Positions 36,521 to 47,390 of a DNA stretch of 64,000 nucleotides are shown piece after piece (the stretch's first letter is position 1; every line of letters begins with the position of its first letter). The notes beneath the pieces were generated by a model. The model was not told the DNA's origin, searched no databases, and worked only from the letters and a program-made list of their open reading frames with translations. Source of the DNA: Lama glama (Eukaryota); contig CM052832.1 in the NCBI GenBank assembly GCA_028534125.1, positions 10,976,001 through 11,040,000 of the forward strand, given 5' to 3'. Both the position numbers and the translations under genes were made by a program.

Positions 36521-38465
36521 ACCAGAATTTTCTTCTCAGTATATGGGCCTCTTGCCTCCTTGGTTAAGTTTATATCTATATATTTTATTTTTTATGATGT
36601 TGTAAATTACCTTTTTCATTCTGTTCATTATTAGTATAAAGAAATACACTGACTTTTGGTGTCTTTTGTATCCTGAAGCTTTACTAAACTCATCTGTTCT
36701 AATGTTTCTGTGTGGAATCTTTAGGGTTTTCTGCATAAAAGATCATGTTTACTAAGATACTAAATTACTAAGATAAAAGGCATTCAAATTGGAAGTAGTA
36801 AATTTATTTTTTTTCTTCTCTAATTACTCTAAGACTTCTGGCACAATGTTAAATGGAAGTGGCAAAAGAAGGCATCCTTGTTGTGGCCCTGATCTTAACT
36901 GTGAAAGACTAAAAGCTTTTCCTTAATGATGCTAGCTGAACTTTGGTTTATGCCTTTATTATATTGAGTTTCCTTTTATTTCAGGTTTGAGTGTTTTTAT
37001 CATGAAAGGGTATTGAATTTTCAACTCCTTCTGCATCAGTTGAAATGTGATGTCCTTCATTCTATTAATGTAGCATATTGATTTTCATATGCTGAACCAT
37101 CTTTGAACTCCAGGAATAAATCCCACTTGGTCTTGGTGTATAGTTCTTTTAATGTGCTGTTTAATTGTTGACTAGTATTTTGTTAAGAATTTTTATGTCA
37201 ATATTCATCATTAATATTGGTTTGTAGTTTTTTCTTGTTTTCATATGCTTTTGGTATCAGGTAGTGCTGGCCTCATAAATAAGTATGAACATGTTTCCTC
37301 CTCTTTTTTTTTTTTTAAGAAGAGTTTGTGGAGTATTGGTGTTAATACTTCAAGTGTCTGGTAGAACTCACCAGAGAAGCCATCAGATCCTGGGCTTTTC
37401 TTTGGGAGTTTTTTGATTACTGATTCAGTCTGTTTACAAGTTGTAGGTCTGTTCAGATTTTCTACATGATTTGGTTTTGGTGGTTGTGTTTCTGGGAATT
37501 TGTCTATTTCAGTTAGATTATCCAATTTTTGATGCAAAAGTGCTTGTAAGATTAAGAACAATTGTATAAGACTAAAAACAATTGTATAAGAATAAAAATT
37601 ATAATGTTTCCTCTTTTATTTGATTTTAGTTATTTGAGTCTTTTTAGTCAATCTAGTTTGTCAGTCTTTTTAAAGAACCAACTCATAGTTTTTTCTTTAT
37701 TCTATTTTCTATTTTGTTTATGTCTAACTTTTATTTTCTTCTTTATGCTAACTTTAAGTTTAGTTTCTACTTTTTATAGTTCTTTAAGATGAAAAAGTTA
37801 GGTTGCTTAAAAGTGTTCACAGCTATAAATTTTCCTCATAATATTCCTTTCACTGCACCTCATAACTTTTGGTATTTCTTGTTTTCACTTGTCTCAAGAT
37901 ATGTTCTAACTTGTGATTTCTTCTTTGAACTATTGAGATCATGTCTAATTTCCATGCATTTGTGGATTTTCAAGTCATCTTTTTCCATTTTCTAGTTTCA
38001 TTCCATTCTGATTAGAAAAGATACTTTGATTTCAATCCTTTTTCTTAATCCTTGTTTTGTGGCCTTACAGTCCATCATGTTCGATGTTCCATGTGAACTT
38101 GAGGCAAATGTATGTTCTTTTGGGTGGAATATTTTGTATTTGTCTATTAGGAACAATTGACTTATGCTGTTCAAGTTCTCTTTTCTTATTGGTCATCTTT
38201 CTTACTATTGAAAGTGAGATACTGAAGTCTTCTATTATTCTACAGCACTATTTCTTCCTTTAATTCTGTCAATGTTTACTTCACATTTAGGAGCTCTGAT
38301 GTTTGGTGCATGTATTAATAATGTTAGTGAATTGACCCTCTTAGTAATAGTGTCCTTTACATTGTAAGTTTTTCATCTCATCTGTTTTATCTGACAATGC
38401 TATAGCCATCCCTGCTCTTCCGTTACTACTTGCATGAAATGTTTTCTCATCCCTTCAGTTTGAAA
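36521..38465 (-). mobile_element. Older L1 ORF2 (endonuclease to RT) remnant
   Basis: Peptide [10 protein letters not shown]...ENLNRP...[16 protein letters not shown] (ORF 37241-37561). Confidence 0.88.
37544..37598 (+). repeat. Short tandem repeat, about 19-bp unit x about 3
   Basis: ttgtaagattaagaacaa / ttgtataagactaaaaacaa / ttgtataagaataaaaa. Confidence 0.7.
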
Positions 38466-38469
38466 CCAC

Positions 38470-38827
38470 TCACCTTAAATAGTCTACAGATTATTTCTCC
38501 GGCAAAAAAAAAAAAATGAGTTTACTTGGGATCAGCAAATAATTACAATTTAGGGTTTGCAACCACGGCAAGCTATGTGCAAGTTCCACACAGCAAGGAG
38601 AGGATAACTCTTTTATAGAGGGGGGAAAGGAAGTTAGAAGGGCTATAGTAAACAGTCCATCCAGGAATTGAATTTAAAATACAGTGGCTTTTCATCAGAA
38701 TTGTAATAGTCTCTCATTGGCTGAGATCTCGCCAATCCTGTTGGGCTCTACCCTCAAAGAGCATGAGAGCTCCCCCTTCTGGCCTCAAAACTCTTTTAAT
38801 TGAGGTTTCTGTTTATTAATTTTTACA
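38470..38827. mobile_element. ERV1-type LTR fragment
   Basis: 'aaaatgagtttacttgggatcagc...gagagctcccccttctggcctc...ttaatttttaca'. Confidence 0.55.
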
Positions 38828-38849
38828 TTATATATGATTTTAGAACTAA

Positions 38850-39810
38850 AGTGAGTCTCAGGTTCCACATGTTCAAAACTTGAAAGTTACCACTGTTTTA
38901 AGAGAAAAGCTGAACAGACTGAGAAATCAAAAACTCTTGAATCCATAAGAGAGGGTAAGACACAGGGTGAATTGCTGCCCCCAGGATTGGAGAGACAGAC
39001 AGGTAAATACATGTAGTCATAGTTTATCAGGGCCAAGACTCTCAAGCAGGAACTGTGGGAACCAGTGCTGAGTGGGAAAGCCTGAACTATGACTGACAGA
39101 TTGCTAGCGGCTTACTGTGGACAAATCACTAAAAACCCCATAAATTTCATATTTGTCCACATATTTACCTTTATTAGAGCACTCTATATTTTCATATGGC
39201 TTTGAATTACAGTCTAGCTTCCTTTCCTTTCAACCTGAAGGTATTCCTCTTACTGTTTCAATAAGGCATCTCTAGGGATCATGAACTCCCTCAGCTCTTG
39301 TTTATCTGAAAAGTATTTATTCCTCACTGTTGAGGACATATTTGCCAGATACAATACTCTTAACAGTTTTTCCTTTCCACTCTTTGAATATGTCATCCTA
39401 TTGCTTTCTGGCCTGTAAGGTTTCTGCGGAAAAGTCTGCTGATAGTTGTTTTAGGGGCTCTTTTCATGTGATCAGTCACTTCTCTTTCAGGAGTCTTTGA
39501 CTTCAGGCAGTTTGATTATAACATCTCAGTGTATATCTGTTTATCTTACTTGGAGTTTGAGCTTCCTGTATTTGTATATCCATTTCTTTCCTCAAATTTG
39601 GGAAGTTGTAGGCCATTATTACTACAAATAAGCTCTGTACCTTTTCTCGTTTCCTTCTGGAGTTCCCATAATGCATTATATTGGCCCATCTGATACTGTT
39701 CTGCAGGACCCACAGGTTCTACTCACTTTGAGGAGCAAAAAGAACAACTGGAAGTCACTTGAGGTTACTGATTCTTCTGTCTGTTCAGTCTGGTGCTGAA
39801 TCTCTAGTTA
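38850..39810. mobile_element. L1 5'UTR piece (+) followed by L1 ORF1 region (-)
   Basis: 'ctgaacagactgagaaatcaa' (+); 'aactccctcagctcttgtttatctgaaaagt', 'caaatttgggaagtt' (-). Confidence 0.6.
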
Positions 39811-39829
39811 CAGTCTAGCTCTGCTAAAG

Positions 39830-40452
39830 TGATAAGACAAAGAGGTTTCTTTCTGAGGCAAAGAGCTGCTTACAAATCCCCCCAAACCCCTCCCATCAGA
39901 TATCATTCCATTTCTATGGAATTAGGGATGAAGGGTTCATCTTTAACTTCTTCATGCTGAGAAAAGACATCCACATCTTACAGTGAAAGATACGGACATG
40001 GGGTTGAAGCATCTCTTTGCTGACAGTTTTAGTTACCCACTTATATATATGGGCAGAACAAGCTACAATCATTTTGCCCACAAAGATATGGATTATTATG
40101 AGCAATAGTATTAAACCTATTTTCTCAAGGCCAGTTCTTGGAATTGTGCTGGCCATAAATTCAGTACTGCTCGAGAGGGAGCAGCTTATGTCATGGCTGC
40201 AGTCTGGTCTTGTAGTTAGCTTATGTAGTTAGCTTTTTCCCTCTGGTGGCAAAGTATCTGTAAAATGACTCAGGAGTGTACATCAAATACTGAATATAAC
40301 TCTGTTGTCCTAATCTTTAACTGTTTGAACCTGTTCTTTTGTGACTTAGGAAAGCCTGGAAGACTCGAGCTTTTCTACAAACAAGGGGCAAGGGACATGG
40401 AGGGGCCTTTGTATTTGGAGGAAGGGGGACCCCACTGGGTTGTTGGGTTCCA
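39830..40452 (-). mobile_element. ERV1/MER41-like LTR sequence
   Basis: 'gcagcttatgtcatggctgcagtctggtc', 'ttttctacaaacaaggggcaagggacatgg'; related to the LTR at 45998-46613. Confidence 0.55.
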
Positions 40453-40473
40453 ATATTAGTTTTAAAATAGGTT

Positions 40474-41895
40474 TTACTATAGTAATCAAGACAGTGAGGT
40501 ATTGGCACAAAAACTGACATAAAGATCAGTGGAATAGAGAGCCCAGAAATAAACCCATAAACTTCTGGTCAATTAATCTTAGACAAAGGAGGGGAAAATA
40601 TACAATGAAGAAAAGGCAATCTCTTCAGCAAATGGTGTTGGGAAGGCTGGACAGCTGTATGTAAATCAATGAAGTTAGAACACTCTCTCATACCATACAC
40701 AAAAATAAACTCAAAATAGCTTTAAACACAAGATACTATAAACCTCTTAGAAGAAAACATTCTCTGACATAAATCTTAGCAATGTTCTAGGGCAGTCTAC
40801 CCAGGCAATAGAAATAAAAACAAAAATAAATTAAGCTTATAAGCTTCTGCAGAGCAGGAAACTATAAAAATGAAAAGACAACCTGTGGAATGGGAGAAAG
40901 TATATGCAAATGAAGCAACTGACAAGTGCTTAATTTCCAGAATATACAAACAGCTCATACAACTCAATAACAAAAATCAAACCCTAATCGAGAAATGGGC
41001 AGAAGACCTAAACATGTCTCCAGTGAAGACAAGCAAATGGCTAACAGGCACATGAAAAAAATGCTCAATATCGCTAATTATGAGAAATGCAAATCAAAAC
41101 TACAATGAGGTGTCACCTCACACTAGTCAGAACGGCCATTATTAAAAAGTCCACAAACAATAAATGCTGGAGAGTGTGTGGAGAAAAGGGAACACTCTTA
41201 CGCTGTTGGTGGGAATGTAGTTTGGTTAAGCAGTTACAGAAAACAGTATGGAGATTCCTTAAACTAAAAATAGACTTACCATATGATCCAGCAATCCCTC
41301 TCCTGGGCACATATCCAGAGGAAACCCTAAGTTGAAAAGATACACACTCCCCAATGTTCACAGTAGCACTATTTACAATAGCCAAGACATGGAAGCAACC
41401 TAAGTGTTCATTGACAGATGACAGGATAAGGATAAAGAAGTTGTAGTATACATATGCAATGGAATACTGCTCAGCCATAAAAAAAGAATAAAACAATGTC
41501 ATTTGCAGCAACATGTATGCTTCTGGAGATTGTCATTCTAAGTGAAGAAAGCCAGAAAGAAAACTACCATATGATACTACTTATATATAGAATCTAAAAT
41601 GACACAAAAGAACTTATTTACAAAATAGACTTACAGACATAGAAAACAAGTTTATGGTTACCAGGGGAAAAGGGAAGGGTGTTGGAGAGATAAATTGGGA
41701 GTTTGGGATTTGCAGATACTACTCTATATAAAATAAACAAGGTCCTACTGTGTAGCACAGGGAATTACATTCACTATCCTGTAATAGCCTGTAATGAAAA
41801 GGAATATATATGTATAACGAAATTACTATGCTGTACACCAGAAATTAACATGATTGTACTGTAAACAGACTAAAAAAAGATAGAGGAAAAGGAAA
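40474..41895 (+). mobile_element. Camelid-type L1, 3' 1.4 kb
   Basis: ORF2 C-terminal peptides [29 protein letters not shown]...[13 protein letters not shown]-rich tail; TSD-like aaaataggtttt / aaaaggtttt. Confidence 0.92.
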
Positions 41896-42004
41896 AGGTT
41901 TTTCCTAAACCTGTGTCTAAATTGGAGATCTTAGATGTTACACAAGAATGTGGAACAAGAGAACCAGCATGGAGAAGAGAATCCCGGATTATTGGTCCAG
42001 AAAG

Positions 42005-42440
42005 ACTCTGGCAGGAAAAAGGTGGCATACTTTAGGGCTTTAACGAGAGTGGTTAATAAAGGGGACTATCTAAAGAGGTAGAGGTAGGGTTAAGGACACT
42101 AACAAAGCGTGAAGCACCAAGGGAATATAGACAGAGGATTGTTGCACCACCAGCACCTGGAGGACTATGGCAAGAAAGTTGTTACCAGAGCCTTATCTAG
42201 TGACCATGGGAGCAAGGTGGCCCAATAAGAGTTGCAGCTTTTGGTAGAGAAACTTGGCTGCCACCAAAGATGGCCTGACAGGAAGCATGGGGAGTACACA
42301 GTGCAACTTGATTCCTCTCACCCTCTGACCTCCTGTTAGGTGCCTCCCATGGGCTGAATCCTCTGGAAGTCAGAAGGAAAGTGTGGAAGGTAACAGATGT
42401 GCCCCTTCCAAGGACCACCGTGCTGCCCAGGTGCAGAGAG
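42005..42440. mobile_element. Ancient eutherian LTR (Gypsy/ERVL-type)
   Basis: 'ggcaggaaaaaggtggcatact...ttaataaaggggactatct', 'ggtgcctcccatgggctgaatcc'; paralogues at 52308 and 59024. Confidence 0.55.
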
Positions 42441-42444
42441 CCAT

Positions 42445-42710
42445 TCACTCATGGTCCAGCCTGCCCCATAGTAGCCCCGATGCAGTGACTGAGGGGGAGG
42501 TAGGTCCACTTCATGTGCCCTGCAGGGACGACACAGCCGGCAAAACTCCAGAAGTCCCCGCCAGGCTGACCAGAGGTTCACTGGGGCTGAATTTGCAGTC
42601 TGATTTCTGTTTAGTTCAACTCCCTCACCTCCCTCACATGGGTGCTCATACCTAGTGAACATCTTGTATCCGAAACTCCGTTTCTGTGGCTTTCTAGATA
42701 AATCCATTTG
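42445..42710. mobile_element. LTR33-like ERVL LTR fragment
   Basis: Minus strand 'acggagtttcggatacaagatgttcactagg...gcctggcggggacttctggag' resembles LTR33. Confidence 0.55.
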
Positions 42711-43359
42711 CAGCAGCAAGGCAGATGGGTGCTGCCCTCCCCAAAGGCCAGCTTCCTGTGTGCAAAGCAAAACAGGATAGCACCCGAGGGGAAAACACAA
42801 AATAACCCATAAATCACCAGTAAATTGACACTTACCTCCCGTTTCTGTGTTCTTACTGCTCTATCCCCTCCCTTAAAGTGTCGAGTGAGTTTGGTGCCCT
42901 TTGAGGGAGCCTGAGTGTCTGGGACATGTGAAGGGACCCTGGAGCTGTAAAAATAAGGTGTGCTTACATCCCATCACACATTCCCCACCAGGTGTGTGAG
43001 AATCTGCCTTTGCATGGTTGGCACAGTCCCCAGGGGCCTGTGTGCGGGTCAGCCCTGCGTGCAACCCTGCCCCGTGTGCTGTCAAGGAAAACTCCACTGC
43101 GGTGCCAAGTGATGCAGCTCTAAGTGAGGTGATTAAGCAGTTCAGTGACAGCATTCTCCCAGGGAGAGGAGGCAGCTTCTGAAGACATGCCTGAGTAGGA
43201 TCAGGTTCCCAGAGAAGGGAGCTGGCTGACGGCTCACAGAGCTGGCACATGCCTCTTGTCCTGGGAGCAGAGCAGGCTGTACTCAGACCTGAGGGCTGAA
43301 AACAAGAAACACCAAAACTTACGAAGTGCAATGAGAGGAAAGGCTGGTGGTTTATTATA

Positions 43360-43730
43360 TGTATGTATTACCTATTGCTGGGCAGTGAATTACTCTAAAA
43401 GTTGGTAGATCAACATTATAGCAGTTTCTGTGGATTAGGAATCCGAGGCGGCTAAGCGGGTAGTTCTGGCTCAGGGCAGCTCAGGAGGTTGCTGTCATCT
43501 GAAGGCTTGACTGGTGCTGGAGGATCTGCTCCCGAGATGGCTGGCATGCACTTCTGGCCAGGGCGGCCAACCCATCCCGGTTTTCCCAGGACTGTTCATG
43601 TGTTGCCCATGGCTGCTGTGGCCTTCTGCAGTGGAAGAGTTGGATAGTTCACACAGACCAGATGGCCCTCAGATCCTAAAATGTTTAGAAGTTGGTGCTT
43701 TACAGAAAACTTGCCAACCCTTGACATAGG
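43360..43730. mobile_element. MLT1 LTR fragment, hAT-Blackjack TIR and MER58-type half
   Basis: 'ggtagttctggctcaggg...gctgtcatctgaaggcttgactgg'; 'cagggcggccaacccatcccgg'; 'ctttacagaaaacttgccaaccc'. Confidence 0.6.
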
Positions 43731-43974
43731 TCTACGGTGAGAATCAACTCCAGAGGAGACAGGAAGATTTTCAAGTCCCCATATTTGCAGCAGAGAGTGT
43801 GCCTGAGTGACTAGAAGCCTCCTAGTGCCCCTCAGGACCAGGCTTAGCCCATTCCCTTGGGTGCTAGTGCCAGACTCTGAGTCTCAGGTTGTCTCCTGGC
43901 TAGGGGTCCGAAGGCCCTGCAGCCTGGATATCATAAATACATGTTACAGTGCACTTTAAACAGGTGCTGCTGAG

Positions 43975-44410
43975 TGTGGCATATCTGTGAGAAACCCGTT
44001 TAAGTCAGGTGGCCTTGGTGGCCCGCCCACATCCCTTGGCTTTTACCACTTCAGTGTACGCAAGCCCGACTTGCAGCTGCACCTGTGAGTCTTCACCTGA
44101 GGGCTTTCTCTGGCTGTTGAAATGTGGCGCACGGCAGCCTTGAAGGGGCAGGGAATTAACGGCTCGGGGAGCAGCCCTCAGCCAACAACTAACAGGAGAC
44201 GATGTGTGAACTCCCGGCTGCCGGAGGTGCACCTGCTCTCCAGAGGCCCCACAGGGGTGATGAGCTTGGGTAACACATTCATTGACTGACGTCCTTTCTT
44301 TGTCTCACTTCTCCCCTGCCTTTTATCAGTGTTTTCCTGGGCTCACCTCCCAAGTAACTTCCTCTCATCTTTCTCTTTGGGCTCCTTCTGTCAGAACCCA
44401 ACCTAAGATG
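43975..44410 (+). mobile_element. LTR16-type ERVL solo LTR
   Basis: 'aggcagggaattaac...ggagcagccctcagccaa...gaacccaacctaaga'-like sequence. Confidence 0.7.
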
Positions 44411-44943
44411 CTGGGCGCTTTTAACTTGAGGTGGACTGAGAAAGTCTTAGACTTGGCCTGGACAGTCGAATCCAGTGTCTGATTCTGCCACTTAGTTGTG
44501 TGACTTTGGTTTAAAAGTGGACTGATTTTGCTCAGTTCTGTCTGTAAAGTAGGAATGCCACATTCTGGTATCCCAACTCACTGGCTGAGCAGACTAGTCA
44601 GAATTCCCCAAGAGTTCCGATGCGAATCCCCTGCGTCTGGACCCCTACGTGGAGTCCTCTGCCGGTGTGCCTCTTGGATTCAAGACACCAGGGGGCTCGA
44701 GAGGTTCTCTGGGTGCCGAGGCCTGGGGCAACTCCATATGCCAAATCTATCACCAGTTTTCCCTGTGTGATGATGCCAAGTCTCCTGGTGTTCTTCCTTA
44801 GAAGAAACAGGGAGGGGCATTCCAGGGTATTTTAGAACACAGTAGATACCTGTAAAAGCCAGTGGCACAGGAAATATCTGGTATATCTAGCATATAATGT
44901 ACTTTGAATTATTGAGTTGTGGGGATCTTAATTTCACTGTCAG

Positions 44944-45443
44944 NNNNNNNNNNNNNNNNNNNNNNNNNNNNNNNNNNNNNNNNNNNNNNNNNNNNNNNNN
45001 NNNNNNNNNNNNNNNNNNNNNNNNNNNNNNNNNNNNNNNNNNNNNNNNNNNNNNNNNNNNNNNNNNNNNNNNNNNNNNNNNNNNNNNNNNNNNNNNNNNN
45101 NNNNNNNNNNNNNNNNNNNNNNNNNNNNNNNNNNNNNNNNNNNNNNNNNNNNNNNNNNNNNNNNNNNNNNNNNNNNNNNNNNNNNNNNNNNNNNNNNNNN
45201 NNNNNNNNNNNNNNNNNNNNNNNNNNNNNNNNNNNNNNNNNNNNNNNNNNNNNNNNNNNNNNNNNNNNNNNNNNNNNNNNNNNNNNNNNNNNNNNNNNNN
45301 NNNNNNNNNNNNNNNNNNNNNNNNNNNNNNNNNNNNNNNNNNNNNNNNNNNNNNNNNNNNNNNNNNNNNNNNNNNNNNNNNNNNNNNNNNNNNNNNNNNN
45401 NNNNNNNNNNNNNNNNNNNNNNNNNNNNNNNNNNNNNNNNNNN
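44944..45443. other. Assembly gap (500 N)
   Basis: Run of N. Confidence 1.
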
Positions 45444-45666
45444 CTTTAATAAGCGAGGTGCTGTGCAGGGTCTGGAGGTGAACCGACGAAGCAGATGGAA
45501 GACTCCTGGCCTCACAGCAGCTCAACAGGCAGTCACGATGTAATGTGAAAGATAGTGGAAAAGGAGCTTGCAGGGGGGCTGCACGGGGGTGAGGGTGGGG
45601 GTTTAGAGAGTTTGAAGAGTCAGGTGTACATGGAAAAAAACACACTCTCTGGAGTTTGTTCTAAAC

Positions 45667-45810
45667 CAGAGGTCAACAAATTTTTTCTGAAAGGGCCAGA
45701 CAGTTGGTCTCATCACAAATATTCACCGTTGCTATTGTAGCTTGAATGTGGCCATAGACAATACATAAAAGAATTGCTTTCAGTGAAACTTAACAAAAAC
45801 AGGGAGCAGT
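45667..45810. mobile_element. MER58-type hAT MITE
   Basis: 'cagaggtcaacaaattttttctgaaagggccagacagt...gccatagacaatacataaa'. Confidence 0.7.
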
Positions 45811-45997
45811 AGTGACTGCATTCAGACTGAGGGTCAGGGTTTAACACCGCTCTAAACAAAGGAGGAACAAATGCTCTATCAATCCCCTTTGATTTAGAAA
45901 CAACTAGGAGAAGGTAGTTTGCTGGAGAACTTTCAAATTCATTTTTCCAAACTTGGATTAGATAAAGCTTCTGTGAGTCACTCATCTAAGAATGTGG

Positions 45998-46613
45998 TGT
46001 CAAACCCAATTCTGTGAACCTGATGCACAGTGAGGCCAAGCAAACTGAAGTGTCAGAGCTTGGAGCAGAGAAAGATTTATTGCAAAGACTACGTGAGGAG
46101 GACAGGCGGCTTGTGCTCAAAAGACCCGAACTCCTCGATGGGTTTCAGGGAAGAAGTTTTTATATGGATTTCAGGGAAGAAGTTTTTATACGCAAAAACT
46201 TGCAAGGATGGCTGTAGGGCGTGTCACCCTCCTCTGATTGGTTGGTGGGGAGGTAACAGGGTGGTGGTCCAGGAATCTCAGTCATCAGCCTTCTGGTTTC
46301 AACCAGTCTGGGGTCCAGTGCTTTTGCTCAGCCTGAAGTTACCATCCTCCACCTGGGTGAGGGCCCTAAGTCCTATAGAAGAACTCAGAGATCAGTACCA
46401 AATTGTTACGCACATCCGCCAAGGAGGAACCAGGCCCAGGCCCCATGCTGCACTATTGTTTCCTCACTCTCTTAATTAGTTACTATTTGAATCTGCTTTT
46501 TGGAATGTAGGGAAGGTCTAGGAGGCTAAAAGCTCTTTCCTACAAACAAAAAATGGGAGAAGTAGAAGGGTTTTCATGCCAGGGAAGGCCTCACAGGGTC
46601 CTGCTCGATGTCA
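45998..46613 (-). mobile_element. ERV1 solo LTR (MER41-like)
   Basis: TG...CA ends; flanks tgtgg / agtgg (near-TSD); tttatt (minus-strand AATAAA) at about 46076; internal 26-bp tandem duplication. Confidence 0.8.
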
Positions 46614-46949
46614 AGTGGAGACCGTGGCAGATGGCTCTGTTTCAGCAGGAGCATCAGTACCTCTCTTCTTTGGAAAGGCAACATAAGTACCATATGGGGT
46701 GAAGGGTGAGCATCCATTGAACTTCACCTAGAAGGAGGAAGGAGGGGAGGATACTCATGGGAGATGGTAACAGATGGGGTCCAAGGGAAAATGAAGAAAT
46801 TCCTGGGATGGTGCTGGCTGAGGATTTGAAGGATTTTCATTCATTTTGTTTCCAACTCTGCAGGGATGTAACCCCTCATCCTGTACCTCCCACTTTTCAG
46901 CAAAGAATGGATAATCAGTGAATTAAAGACAGCTGGTTTCCACCAAATA

Positions 46950-47390
46950 GTCCATGTGCTCCTCAACATTCCCAGCCTCCCCTGCAATTAGGGGTTCTTT
47001 CTGGCCAATGGGATATGAGTGGACATGACATGTGTAAACTTCTGATATGCTATATTATGCTGTAGTAGCAGACATCGCTAAAATCTCAGGGTCTCCAAAC
47101 AACCAAAGCTCATTTTTCGCTCATGTAAAATCTACTCTGGGGTGGCTCTCCAGAATAGCTCTCTTCCATATGACATTGGACCTCCACATCAACACTTGCT
47201 TCCACTATTTCTGAGGTTGAAGGGGAACAGAGAGGTGGTGAATCCGCCATGGGTACTTAAATGCTTCTACCCGAAGTGACACCCATCACATTTCATTGGC
47301 TAGACCATGTCTCATGGACACACTTCAAGGGGGTGGGGAAGTAAATGTGCCCTTAAAGGATATCAGTCAGTAGTGGTAATACCTGCTACA
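46950..47390. mobile_element. MLT1-type MaLR LTR fragments
   Basis: 'cccagcctcccctgcaattagg...tctggccaatgggat'; 'cacatttcattggctaga'. Confidence 0.6.

Noticed and set aside
40870..41514. ORFs with realistic-looking protein sequence (also at 24691, 35470, 35830, 37241)
   Set aside because: Fragments of L1 ORF2 or its antisense, not host genes
44887..45645. Long ORFs of 176-252 aa
   Set aside because: Artefacts of translating through the 500-N gap
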